From Candidatus Yanofskybacteria bacterium (GTDB lineage Bacteria; Patescibacteriota; Minisyncoccia; 2-02-FULL-40-12; IGHO2-01-FULL-4-A): DNA of 64,000 nucleotides. The notes under the pieces are model-generated. The model ran no database searches, was not told the origin of the DNA, and saw nothing but the letters and a program-made list of their open reading frames with translations. Below, one piece after another: positions 38,094-47,106 of the stretch (the first letter of the stretch is position 1; the number at the start of each line of letters is the position of its first letter). The stretch spans positions 4,643-68,642 of the forward strand of contig JACOZV010000001.1 in NCBI GenBank assembly GCA_016181175.1, in the 5' to 3' direction. A program made the translations under genes and the position numbers.

Positions 38094-38099
38094 CTTTTG

Positions 38100-38130
38100 G
38101 ATATCGAATGTCCAAAGGACATTCGATATC
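38100..38130. repeat. REP-like palindrome
   Basis: GATATCGAATGTCC-AAA-GGACATTCGATATC. Confidence 0.75.
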
Positions 38131-38181
38131 GGTAATTAAGATTTGACCCCCGTTACAGTTTATTGTTAGCATTAACTCATC

Positions 38182-38952
38182 ATGGATTCAGAAACAAAGC
38201 CGGAAATTACAGAGGACTCTCGCGAGGCGGTTGCCGAGATTACAGCCGCAGATGCGCTAAAGCCAAACGAAACCAAACTGAACTATACCCAGTTTATTTT
38301 GCCCGGAGCGATTTTGCTTGCTGCTTTAATTATTTCAGGAACATTATTTTATACTCGTGGCGGCATGGGTACGGCACAAATTGGAGACTCTGGCACAAAA
38401 ACAGAAAGGGTGGATGTTAAAATTGGATCCGGCGATCACGTATTGGGGAATAAGGATGCAAAAGTTACCATCGTGGAATTCAGCGATTTTCAGTGTCCGT
38501 TTTGCAGGTCGTTTTGGAGTGGTACCTTGCCCCAGATTAAAAGGGATTACGTTGATACCGGCAAGGCCAAGTTCGTTTATAAGCATTATCCATTGGATTT
38601 TCATTCCGGAGCGCGTCCGGCGGCGGAAGCGTCCGAATGTGCCAACGACCAAGGCAAGTTTTGGGAATTTCATGATAAGGTTTTTGAAGAGCAAGCGAAG
38701 CTTGGGCAAGGAACAATACAATTCGGCAAACCCGAAATTGTTAAATGGGCGGGGGTGATTGAGCTCAATATGTCCCAGTTCAACGAATGTTTTAATTCCG
38801 GCAAATATGCCCAGCATGTAAGTGATGATATGGCCCAGGGAAGCAAGGCTGGCGTGGGGGGTACACCGACCACCTTCATTAACGGCCAAAAAATCGTTGG
38901 CGCCCAGCCGTTTGCTAATTTTCAGGCAGTCATCGAGGGGTTATTAAAATAA
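38182..38952 (+). CDS. DsbA family thiol-disulfide oxidoreductase
   Basis: EFSDFQCPFC, GTPTTFING; N-terminal TM. Confidence 0.93.
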   Translation: MDSETKPEITEDSREAVAEITAADALKPNETKLNYTQFILPGAILLAALIISGTLFYTRGGMGTAQIGDSGTKTERVDVKIGSGDHVLGNKDAKVTIVEFSDFQCPFCRSFWSGTLPQIKRDYVDTGKAKFVYKHYPLDFHSGARPAAEASECANDQGKFWEFHDKVFEEQAKLGQGTIQFGKPEIVKWAGVIELNMSQFNECFNSGKYAQHVSDDMAQGSKAGVGGTPTTFINGQKIVGAQPFANFQAVIEGLLK

Positions 38953-38957
38953 AAATT

Positions 38958-39260
38958 ATGGAAAATATTGAGAGAGATAAAAAAACACATGCCAAATTGG
39001 AGGAAAAATCTGACTCTGACAAATACAGAGAGGGTCTTGAAACATACAAAAAAGTGTTATTAGCTTACAGGGATTGGTTGCAAGAACAAGAAGACAAAGG
39101 GAATACGGATACACCTGAAATGGCTCGGGAAAGTTTGCGTAGGCATTTTTTTATTAATGGAATGGTGGTCGCCCTTGGTCTTACCGAACAAGAGGAAATT
39201 GCTATCATGAAAGAGATTGGGTTCACCGGTAGTATCGTTAAAAAGCATTCTGAAAATTAA
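38958..39260 (+). CDS. Hypothetical protein
   Basis: 100-aa ORF 5 nt after the dsbA-family gene. Confidence 0.6.
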   Translation: MENIERDKKTHAKLEEKSDSDKYREGLETYKKVLLAYRDWLQEQEDKGNTDTPEMARESLRRHFFINGMVVALGLTEQEEIAIMKEIGFTGSIVKKHSEN

Positions 39261-39332
39261 ATTATGAATATAGGATTAGCTTTTTAGTTTTTTATTTGTA
39301 TAATAAGGGGTCAGCAAAAGCTGGCTTTTATT

Positions 39333-40523
39333 ATGGCTAAAAGAAAAACAATCTATTTAGATTATGCTGGGACGACACCGATAGATCCGCGGGTGGAACG
39401 GGTGGTTTTGAAGCATTTGCGGGAGAGCTGGGGTAACGCTTCGTCGGTACATGAGATTGGACGACAGGCGAGAGAGGTTATTGAAGATTCACGCAAAGCA
39501 ACGGCAAGGGTGCTTGGAGTAAAATCAGAAGAAATAATTTTTACCGGTTCAGGCACGGAGTCGGCGAATTTAGCGATATTCGGAGTAGCGAGGGCTTATA
39601 AAAAATACGGCAAGCATATTATAACTTCCAAAATCGAACATCCTGCCGTATTGCGTGCCTGTGAATATTTGGATAAGAACGAAGGGTTTAAGGTAACTTA
39701 TCTAGATGTAGACAAAAACGGATTAATTGACCCAGAAGTTTTACGCAGTGCATTGCGATCAGATACAATACTAGTTTCGATTATGTATGCCAATAATGAA
39801 ATCGGCACAATACAACCCATTACGGAGATTTCCAAAATTATTAGAAATTTTCGCCAAAACCTAAAACCTATAACCTATAACCTAAAACCTTTTTTCCATA
39901 CCGATGCCTGCCAAGCGGCCGGAGCGTTAAACTTGAATGTTAACCAGCTTGGAATTGATCTATTAACCCTAAACGGATCTAAAATATATGGTCCCAAGGG
40001 AACTGGTTGTCTTTTTATCAGACGGGGTACCGAACTTGTGCCGCAGATAGTTGGTGGCTCTCAAGAAAGGGGACTTCGTGCCGGCACTGAAAACCCGGCG
40101 TTAATTGCGGGTTTTGCCAAAGCGTTGGAGTTGGCTGACAAAAGCAAGGTTGGGGAGAGAAAGCGGTTGGTTAAACTTCGCGATTATATGATACGCCAAG
40201 TCTTAAAAACAATTCCCGATAGCCGTCTCAATGGCGACCCAATCAAACGTTTGCCTAATAATATAAATATTTCATTTAAAAACGTAGACGGCGAGATGCT
40301 CATGCTCGCGCTTGATCAAAAAGGCATCCAGGTCTCAACAGGATCTGCTTGCACTTCAACTTCAACAGAGCCGTCACACGTGCTTAAAGCGCTAGATTTA
40401 TCTAACGAGCTTGCGAAGGGAAATATCCGCATTACTCTTGGCCGGCAAACAACAAAAAAGGACATTGATAGTGTCCTGAAAATACTCGCGTCGCTTATCC
40501 AAAAAACTTTGTCAAAACATTAA
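39333..40523 (+). CDS. iscS: Cysteine desulfurase (IscS/NifS family)
   Basis: IYLDYAGTTP, HTDACQA, NGSKIYGPKG, STGSACTS; heptamer-derived insert LKPITYNLKP. Confidence 0.92.
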   Translation: MAKRKTIYLDYAGTTPIDPRVERVVLKHLRESWGNASSVHEIGRQAREVIEDSRKATARVLGVKSEEIIFTGSGTESANLAIFGVARAYKKYGKHIITSKIEHPAVLRACEYLDKNEGFKVTYLDVDKNGLIDPEVLRSALRSDTILVSIMYANNEIGTIQPITEISKIIRNFRQNLKPITYNLKPFFHTDACQAAGALNLNVNQLGIDLLTLNGSKIYGPKGTGCLFIRRGTELVPQIVGGSQERGLRAGTENPALIAGFAKALELADKSKVGERKRLVKLRDYMIRQVLKTIPDSRLNGDPIKRLPNNINISFKNVDGEMLMLALDQKGIQVSTGSACTSTSTEPSHVLKALDLSNELAKGNIRITLGRQTTKKDIDSVLKILASLIQKTLSKH

Positions 40524-40528
40524 CATTG

Positions 40529-40601
40529 TCCGCCCTGTAGGATTCGAACCTACGACCTTCTCCTTAAGAGGGAGCAGCTCTACCAACTGAGCTAAGGGCG
40601 G
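40529..40601 (-). tRNA. tRNA-Lys(CTT)
   Basis: Acceptor CCGCCCT/AGGGCGG; loop CTCTTAA; T arm GTAGG-TTCGAAT-CCTAC. Confidence 0.9.
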
Positions 40602-40700
40602 CTAAATTAATTTGTAAACAAATTAATCGCCCGATCAATTTGCGAAGCAAAATGGTTTGGGTTATTTGTTGAGGATAACAAAAAAATATATTTTTTTCAA

Positions 40701-40732
40701 TATAAAACTCCGCCAGTTGGCGGAGTTTTATA
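40701..40732. terminator. Palindromic terminator
   Basis: TATAAAACTCCGCCA-GT-TGGCGGAGTTTTATA after the sortase gene. Confidence 0.75.
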
Positions 40733-40733
40733 T

Positions 40734-41342
40734 CTATTTAACTAGTTCTGCCTGTACCGCAATGCGCTTATAGTTAGTGCCTATCGGCCAGCAGCTGATA
40801 AGAACCAAAGACGAACCGGGATATTTTTCTATTTGTTTTAGTTGCAAGTCGTCAGAAAAAGGGGAGAAGATGAGCGATTGTTTAACGTTAAAATTGAACG
40901 TCCGGCCATCGCTATATTTAACTGAAAATTTATCTCCCGGTTCCAATTTGCCCAAAAGTGCAAACACAGAACCATACTTACCTCTATACCACGGATAAGC
41001 GGAACTATGGCCCAATATCACTGAAACACCATCAAGACCGGGTTTTGGGGTATTCGAGTAATGGACTACGCCGTTTTCCAGATTTTTTAATATTTTATCG
41101 TTGTCACTGGCGACATTAAAAACTATTGGTGCAGTAATGCCTATTTTACCAACAGTTAATGTTGTCATATTTGGCAGTGGTACGGGGGATTTATCTTTAG
41201 CTGGTGGTAATTGGACTAAGTCTGGTAATTCGGTATTTATTTTTAGCCAGTAATTTACGTTAGCAGATAAAAATCTGCCGTTTAATATGGTAAAAGTTAG
41301 CACGAATAAAATTACAAAAACTTTTAGAAAGCGTAATTTCAT
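40734..41342 (-). CDS. Sortase
   Basis: ILGHSS (His), LISCWP (Cys), KRIAV (Arg); N-terminal TM. Confidence 0.9.
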   Translation of the reverse strand: MKLRFLKVFVILFVLTFTILNGRFLSANVNYWLKINTELPDLVQLPPAKDKSPVPLPNMTTLTVGKIGITAPIVFNVASDNDKILKNLENGVVHYSNTPKPGLDGVSVILGHSSAYPWYRGKYGSVFALLGKLEPGDKFSVKYSDGRTFNFNVKQSLIFSPFSDDLQLKQIEKYPGSSLVLISCWPIGTNYKRIAVQAELVK

Positions 41343-41358
41343 AGTTTAAAATAATGAA

Positions 41359-42228
41359 TTATATTATTAGAGCAGTATGTGTCGTTTGTAACACGGGGAT
41401 AGCCACGGCCAAAATTAATATCGCGAAACTTGTCGCAGTTCTTATGGCAGATGCCCTTTTTAAGCCGTAAAGCGATAACAATACAATTGAGAATAAGAAA
41501 GCAGCCAGAGCGTAAAGTATGAAAGTAGCATTGAAAATTTGAGTTATTTTATTAAATCGTGAACTGATATTGTCGATCTTGGAAATAACAGGTTCTTTTG
41601 GTGATAATGAAATAGCTATTGGAGTAGCATCCGGGGTTTTAATAGGAGGTCTTGTTTGAGCGATAGTTTTTGAGGGTACTGTTGGTTTTGGTGTTCCAAA
41701 AAGCTGTACCACCAGAAAACCTTGGCTATTTGCAATTTTTGCAGGAGCTATAGCTATGCCTATTTCTTTATAATTTGAGTTGAGCAGATTTTCCCTGTGT
41801 GATGGCGAGTTAGCCCACGCATCTACAGTATCTTTGGCTGTCAGGAATCCTATGGCTAGATTTTCTCCCGCGTAGTTATATTTGTATTGATTAGTATCCA
41901 TCCAGTACCAGGGTGAAACACCAGCCGGGCTGGAATGGGCGAAGTATTGGTTCTGTATCATGTCCTGCAATTTTTGCAGTGCAGCAACATCGAGGACGGG
42001 GTTTTCTTTTAGTATGCCCAATCCTAAATTCTGGCGTAGCGTATTTGTTTGGCTGATTACCTCTTCTTTGGAGAATGTTGCTAGACTATCAACCAAACTC
42101 GCGAATTGTAGACCCGAGTAAGAAAAAAATACCTTAATGAAAATTAGGGCCGCCAAATTCCAAACTAAGAATTTGTTTTTCCAAAGTATCCTCATGGCTT
42201 TGGATTTGAGCCGCCCGGTTCTTATCAT
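41359..42228 (-). CDS. CAP/SCP domain membrane protein
   Basis: YFAHSSP, AGENLA, WANSPSHRENLL, YKEIGIA. Confidence 0.9.
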   Translation of the reverse strand: MIRTGRLKSKAMRILWKNKFLVWNLAALIFIKVFFSYSGLQFASLVDSLATFSKEEVISQTNTLRQNLGLGILKENPVLDVAALQKLQDMIQNQYFAHSSPAGVSPWYWMDTNQYKYNYAGENLAIGFLTAKDTVDAWANSPSHRENLLNSNYKEIGIAIAPAKIANSQGFLVVQLFGTPKPTVPSKTIAQTRPPIKTPDATPIAISLSPKEPVISKIDNISSRFNKITQIFNATFILYALAAFLFSIVLLSLYGLKRASAIRTATSFAILILAVAIPVLQTTHTALII

Positions 42229-43088
42229 AAGAAATTAAACCGGTTTTTGTCAGAGCGATGTTTTTTGACCACTGCCAATGCTTCACGGTTTTTGAATAAG
42301 TCGGTTTGGGTGTAGGTCATATATATAATTGTAGCAAAAGTACTAATCAATAGCGACAATACCAAACTGGAAGTAGTTCCAGTGGCAACCCCAGAAACTT
42401 TATTTATAGAAGCACCGGCTACCTGGGTGTTATTGTTGGCATTGCTTGTATTATTTTGGACTACTGTAGTATTTAGGATTGAATTTGTTGCTAAAAAACC
42501 GCTGCGTGTAAAAACTTGTCTGCCAAGGACGCTATTTAGTTCGTTATCTGGAACTACATTTTGCTTGAAAGCAAAATTTCCAAAGTCTGTTGTAGCCGAG
42601 GTACCATAGTAATAACTTGAAACCACAGACCCGGATTCACGCACGGTAAGTTTAATTGAATGTATTTCTGGGCTAGCTGAATTGATGTTTGCGCGTCCTA
42701 TTGTCGCCATCCAGCGTGCGCTGTTACCTAGACTAGAAAAATTTACAAAAACATTTTTAGTAGTTTCAGTCCAAGTGTTGCCGTTATTGTTGCTGATAAA
42801 ATATACGATTCTTCCACCAGCGGGGGAATAATCAGAAACCTCCAGTCGGGCGGAGCCAATATTGTAGTAGGTATTTATTAACGGTACCGAAACTATATTT
42901 GTAGAAATAACATTGTCGGGAGCACTTATCATGCCATTAGCAAATTTGTAATTGCTACGGCTGGTATCTATATTGTAATTTTCTGAAAAATTATCTGAAA
43001 AAGAAAACTCAGCAGCGTTAGCTAGGGGAACATAAACGCCGAGCAATATGGAGATAATTAATAGGAAAGTAAAAGTTATTTTTTTCAT
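42225..43088 (-). CDS. Secreted protein, candidate sortase substrate
   Basis: Signal peptide; C-terminal VATG, then a TM segment and a tail with basic residues. Confidence 0.7.
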   Translation of the reverse strand: MKKITFTFLLIISILLGVYVPLANAAEFSFSDNFSENYNIDTSRSNYKFANGMISAPDNVISTNIVSVPLINTYYNIGSARLEVSDYSPAGGRIVYFISNNNGNTWTETTKNVFVNFSSLGNSARWMATIGRANINSASPEIHSIKLTVRESGSVVSSYYYGTSATTDFGNFAFKQNVVPDNELNSVLGRQVFTRSGFLATNSILNTTVVQNNTSNANNNTQVAGASINKVSGVATGTTSSLVLSLLISTFATIIYMTYTQTDLFKNREALAVVKKHRSDKNRFNFL

Positions 43089-43198
43089 ATAAATAATAAG
43101 TAAATAGTAATAAATTAGTAGATAGTAGTTAAATATAAATAGGGTTTGGAACCCTATTTATATAATAATAGCATGTTTTATTTATGAAGTCAAGCATG

Positions 43199-43271
43199 TG
43201 CGCCTGCCAGGGCTCGAACCCGGAACCTACTCCTTCGAAGGGAGCCGCTCTTCCAATTGAGCTACAGGCGC
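43199..43271 (-). tRNA. tRNA-Arg(TCG)
   Basis: Acceptor GCGCCTG/CAGGCGC; anticodon arm GCTCC-CTTCGAA-GGAGT. Confidence 0.92.
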
Positions 43272-43324
43272 CTGCCTTTATTAAAACAAAAATCTTACCT
43301 TTCGGCAAGATTTTGTTTCATAGA

Positions 43325-43927
43325 TTAGGATTCCAGAACGTGAATTTTTACTTGCTTCAACCCGAAGTCCAAGGCGCTTGTGCGATCTGGAAACCAAATA
43401 TCTATTCTGTACCAATATCTGCGATTCATTCTGTCTTCAACTGTGAAAATTTTATCGCCGTAAATATCCGGAATTTTTATTTTTGTGCCAAATGGTAAAA
43501 AGTTGGCAGCAATAATACCGTCACGAACCGTAGTGTTCCAAGCCGTTATAAATGGTGTGTCATCTGTTTGGTCAGGGGTTGAAGAGTAAGCCGTTGCATG
43601 AACTACCATTTCTCTTATCAGTTGGTTAGTGTTTTTTGTCTGAACTGATTTTATCACTTTTTGTATTACTGGAGAGCCAATAGAAACCAGAGAGTTGTTT
43701 TGAACCAGCGGCAAATTTTCCGGTTCTTTCTGGCTGTTGGGTAACTCGCTATTAACGTTTAAGTAAGAGGTCACAAAATTGAATATCTGAATTGTTGAAT
43801 CTTTTGAGTCTTCAGAAGTCCAGTTAAAAAGGGCCGCATTGGCCACAGGGAAACCAACCGAAAACACTAAAGTTAAAAGCGTCACTAATACCATCGTTTG
43901 TTTAATTTTTGTTATATTTTTGTTCAT
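43325..43927 (-). CDS. 3D-domain (lytic transglycosylase-like) protein
   Basis: ATAYSSTPDQTD, IAANFLPFGTKI, VEDRM, RIDIWF. Confidence 0.88.
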   Translation of the reverse strand: MNKNITKIKQTMVLVTLLTLVFSVGFPVANAALFNWTSEDSKDSTIQIFNFVTSYLNVNSELPNSQKEPENLPLVQNNSLVSIGSPVIQKVIKSVQTKNTNQLIREMVVHATAYSSTPDQTDDTPFITAWNTTVRDGIIAANFLPFGTKIKIPDIYGDKIFTVEDRMNRRYWYRIDIWFPDRTSALDFGLKQVKIHVLES

Positions 43928-44038
43928 TTTTGTAATAAAAAACAGCCTTTTTGGCTATTTTTCAACTAAAAAACCCGCCATAGCGGATTTATTACTTCAT
44001 TTTGTAAGTATAGCAAATTACCTACCCCAAAGTCAAGT

Positions 44039-44545
44039 CTAGTCCAAGGAGGTTGATTTTCTAAAAGGCCACATCGGCCAAAGTTTTTTTAGCATTAAAA
44101 GGCCAGGTTTTACTGTTAGAATGAATAAAAACAAACCAATTATGATATTGAAACCATCATAACTCCAGCGTGAAATGTCGTCATCCCTCAATTTGAGCCA
44201 CATGCCGAATTCGTCCATGGCTAAACCAAGTCCAAAACCATGCAGGAGAGCAACATAAAATTTTCCTCTAGCCGAATGCCTAGTTATTAAAGCGAGGTAC
44301 CCGGCCAAAAAAAGAATAAAAACGCCGTAAGTATAGTGGTGGACTTGAAGGCCCGGCTCAAGTTCTAAATAGAGATGGGGGATTACATTGTAAGTTATGA
44401 GATAACCAATTATGCGAGAACCAATAAAAGTAAGAATAAAAGCGACCAATATGGGAAATAGCAAAGCAACGTAAAGACCCGGTTCGTCGGTTTCGACTTT
44501 TCTGCGGATACCATCTCTCATTTTTTGAAAAATTGAGAAAAGCAT
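44039..44545 (-). CDS. Integral membrane protein
   Basis: Four TM segments; QVHHYTYG and GLGLAMDEF motifs. Confidence 0.75.
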   Translation of the reverse strand: MLFSIFQKMRDGIRRKVETDEPGLYVALLFPILVAFILTFIGSRIIGYLITYNVIPHLYLELEPGLQVHHYTYGVFILFLAGYLALITRHSARGKFYVALLHGFGLGLAMDEFGMWLKLRDDDISRWSYDGFNIIIGLFLFILTVKPGLLMLKKLWPMWPFRKSTSLD

Positions 44546-44551
44546 ATTTTT

Positions 44552-44650
44552 GGAGCGGGATAGTGAATGATGTTAGAACCTATTTCCAGTCATCAACTGA
44601 CTTATTTTATATACCTAGTTTATCAGCAGAAGCGGTTAAAATCAATTAAA
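44552..44650 (+). repeat. 99-bp direct repeat, copy 1 (att-like)
   Basis: Identical to 45519-45617; begins with the reverse complement of a tRNA-Gly-like 3' end (CCCGCTCC). Confidence 0.9.
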
Positions 44651-44661
44651 CTTGTTAAAAC

Positions 44662-45039
44662 TTATTCTACGTAATATCCTGTGCCCTTTTCCCACTTTAT
44701 CTTGCCACGTAATGTCATAATAAGTACAAACACTATGGGAAAAAGCATTAACGGAAACAAAAAATATGGAACCCAGTCAAATCCGTTACCAGTTAGCTTC
44801 GACAGTTCTGGCCAAATCCAGAAAAATGTAAATGAAGTTCCTGTCAGCAATCCAGAAATTAACCACATAATTAGAAAACCTTTCAAGTCAGATTTATGTT
44901 CGGGCCTGCTTAAATAGTCCCAGTTATGGGCAATTCCTAAAGTTGGAATGCAAATAAAAAAGATTCCGCCAATGAAACCAATGGCTGTAAGAAAGTTTGC
45001 CAAAATTGTCATATTTTTCTCCTTTTTCAATGTACGCAA
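44662..45039 (-). CDS. Hypothetical three-TM protein
   Basis: Three hydrophobic segments; own TTGACA promoter near 45070; true start may be MTILAN. Confidence 0.65.
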   Translation of the reverse strand: MRTLKKEKNMTILANFLTAIGFIGGIFFICIPTLGIAHNWDYLSRPEHKSDLKGFLIMWLISGLLTGTSFTFFWIWPELSKLTGNGFDWVPYFLFPLMLFPIVFVLIMTLRGKIKWEKGTGYYVE

Positions 45040-45140
45040 GCATATACTATCAAACGATTTGAATATGTCAAGGCCTGCCCAAAAAAGCGCGGGTTCTAAC
45101 CATCTTTATGAGTAACAAAAATAACCCAGCATTTAGTGGA

Positions 45141-45401
45141 TTATTTCAGAAGGGTTCTTTTCAAGGCTTGTTTGAGCTGATTCCTTCCAAAACCACTTTT
45201 TAGAAATACTTCTCTGGCTTTAGCATCTTGTTCGTTGATAAAGTACTCGTAATGAATAAGTTTTAATGGCCTACGATCTCTTGTTGATTTAACTTCACCG
45301 CGAGCGTGTTGCTGTAATCTGTTTTTAAGATTTGTAGTAAAACCAGCATAGAGTTTATTGTCTTTCAAGGATAGCAGGGTGTAAACGTAAAATCGTTCCA
45401 T
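45141..45401 (-). CDS. Stand-alone GIY-YIG nuclease
   Basis: FYVYTL...LYAGFTTNLKNRLQQH, AKAREVFLKSG. Confidence 0.9.
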   Translation of the reverse strand: MERFYVYTLLSLKDNKLYAGFTTNLKNRLQQHARGEVKSTRDRRPLKLIHYEYFINEQDAKAREVFLKSGFGRNQLKQALKRTLLK

Positions 45402-45518
45402 AATTAAACACTGCGAAGTCTGACTTCGTAGCCAAAATCATATATAACTTATATAGAGAAGACGATGGCCAAGTCAAACTTGGTTCTCGTCATCCTCGGG
45501 CGCAACCGAGTATGACTC

Positions 45519-45617
45519 GGAGCGGGATAGTGAATGATGTTAGAACCTATTTCCAGTCATCAACTGACTTATTTTATATACCTAGTTTATCAGCAGAAGC
45601 GGTTAAAATCAATTAAA
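45519..45617 (+). repeat. 99-bp direct repeat, copy 2
   Basis: Identical to 44552-44650; supplies the last codons and stop of the dCMP deaminase. Confidence 0.9.
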
Positions 45618-46012
45618 TTGAACAGCGTTTGAGCCAATTTGAAATCTTCTATCCAGCGCGAGTTATCTGAAACTGGAGCAACAACTTCAGCAATTCCAGC
45701 TTGTATTACCATTGCGGTGCAAGGAGCACAAGACATAAACGGCCACGTATATAATCGGTACCCAACTACTGGCTCTCGTGCGAATAGCAGCGCATTCCGC
45801 TCGCAATGTACTATAATTTTGTATTTAATTTCTCGATTTTCCAGCCGTTCTGGTAAATCATTTACACCACGCGGGAAACCATTATACCCAATAGACACGA
45901 CTCTATTGTTGGGATCAACAATAACTGCTCCAGTTTTTGTTGACGGATCTTTACTCCATTGAGCAATATGTTCAGCAAGAGCTAAAAAACGTCTGTCCCA
46001 TTTTTCGGACAC
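45590..46012 (-). CDS. dCMP deaminase (ComEB-like), C-terminus fused to the repeat
   Basis: SKDPSTKTGA, GYNGFP, HCERNA, CAPC; AGGAGG SD. Confidence 0.88.
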   Translation of the reverse strand: MSEKWDRRFLALAEHIAQWSKDPSTKTGAVIVDPNNRVVSIGYNGFPRGVNDLPERLENREIKYKIIVHCERNALLFAREPVVGYRLYTWPFMSCAPCTAMVIQAGIAEVVAPVSDNSRWIEDFKLAQTLFNLIDFNRFC

Positions 46013-46147
46013 GACAACCTCCTTAATTAAAGAACGTATATGACAAGAGTAGTTTTTTTAGCAAACAGTGTCAAATTAACAAATAGGTTCTAACCCGCTA
46101 TTACCTGTATAAAAAATAGATAAGTAAAAATTAGGTTTTCCGTCTTG

Positions 46148-46218
46148 AGCGGGTAAGGGGAATTGAACCCCTCTCTCGTCCTTGGCAAGGACGCGTAATG
46201 CCGATATACCATACCCGC
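46148..46218 (-). tRNA. tRNA-Gly(GCC)
   Basis: Acceptor GCGGGTA/TACCCGC; anticodon arm CGTCC-TTGCCAA-GGACG; U73. Confidence 0.92.
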
Positions 46219-46229
46219 GATTTCTTTAG

Positions 46230-46300
46230 TGCCGGAGGGCAGAATCGAACTGCCTTCAGACGCTCTTCAGGCGCCTGCTTTACCATTAAGCTACTCCGGC
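46230..46300 (-). tRNA. tRNA-Phe(GAA)
   Basis: Acceptor GCCGGAG/CTCCGGC; anticodon arm GGCGC-CTGAAGA-GCGTC; T arm GGCAG-TTCGATT-CTGCC. Confidence 0.92.
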
Positions 46301-46974
46301 CTTCTTGGTTTTTGTAGATAGGGAAGTCCTAGATATTTATCCTGTTCAATCGCGTCTTTTATTTTACGATACTTTCTATTAAGACGCAAACGATGAGAGG
46401 GATAATACATTGTAGAAAAAAGTTTCTTAGTGTCTCCCTTTACATATTCTAAATTCCATACCCCAGAGCCTTTATGTAGATAACCCATAACGCTATAATA
46501 TTGCGTTAATTTATTTTTAAGCCAAGTCAGGAAATCTAAACTTGCCGAAGCTATGGATAATTTAAAAGAGAAACTACTAGGCCACCTTTTGTCCCTAAAA
46601 GTATAAAAAGTGCCATCTCCATCAAAGAGACCTCTCAAAAAATCAGGAAAATAAAGTCGGGGTACTTTAACACGTTTTATAGTTTTAGATTTAGCCGGAG
46701 TTAGGTCAATATCATTTAAGAATCTGTAGATATATATGTCACCAAAAGTAATACAATAGTATCTTTTTTCCGTTTCACCACCTCTGGCATATTTACCGAT
46801 TTTGTTACTTAGATGTAGGGATTTTTTAAATGTTTCAATGAGTTGTAAATCTTTAGAAGAGAACCATATATGCCTTCTGTCTTTATTCAAACACCCATCG
46901 GCCGTAATAAGCCCGATCGCATATGCTAAATCATTACACCACATAGTGCTAACTTTTCTTTGAACTCGACCCAT
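46291..46974 (-). CDS. Free-standing two-motif LAGLIDADG homing-endonuclease-like protein
   Basis: LAYAIGLITADGCL and FLRGLFDGDGTF; stop codon lies inside tRNA-Phe. Confidence 0.88.
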   Translation of the reverse strand: MGRVQRKVSTMWCNDLAYAIGLITADGCLNKDRRHIWFSSKDLQLIETFKKSLHLSNKIGKYARGGETEKRYYCITFGDIYIYRFLNDIDLTPAKSKTIKRVKVPRLYFPDFLRGLFDGDGTFYTFRDKRWPSSFSFKLSIASASLDFLTWLKNKLTQYYSVMGYLHKGSGVWNLEYVKGDTKKLFSTMYYPSHRLRLNRKYRKIKDAIEQDKYLGLPYLQKPRRPE

Positions 46975-47045
46975 AAAAATATTATATCAAAAATTTTAAA
47001 TAACTGCCACCGAGCTAAAAAATAAATCCAGATCGTTTAAGTTGT

Positions 47046-47106
47046 GATATAGTCCAAATTGCTTCGGAAGAGGCAGGCGTTGTCAGTTCGATTCTGACCC
47101 GCGGCA
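47046..47106 (+). pseudogene. Group I intron 3' remnant joined to the 3' exon of a second tRNA-Phe
   Basis: GATATAGTCC (J8/7-P7 signature), G at 47066, then GAAGA-GGCAG-GCGTT-GTCAG-TTCGATT-CTGAC-CCGCGGC-A; no 5' exon in the window. Confidence 0.6.

Noticed and set aside
43184-43498. ORFs overlapping tRNAs (also 4912-5199, 47280-47517)
   Set aside because: Translations of tRNA sequence or antisense frames
44552-45617. CRISPR interpretation of the repeats
   Set aside because: Only two copies, 99 bp long and 967 bp apart; no cas genes and no spacer periodicity anywhere in the window
47001-47017. Minus-strand TAGCTCGGTGGCAG resembling a tRNA D-arm
   Set aside because: Too short, no acceptor or anticodon arm, and on the wrong strand to be the missing 5' exon
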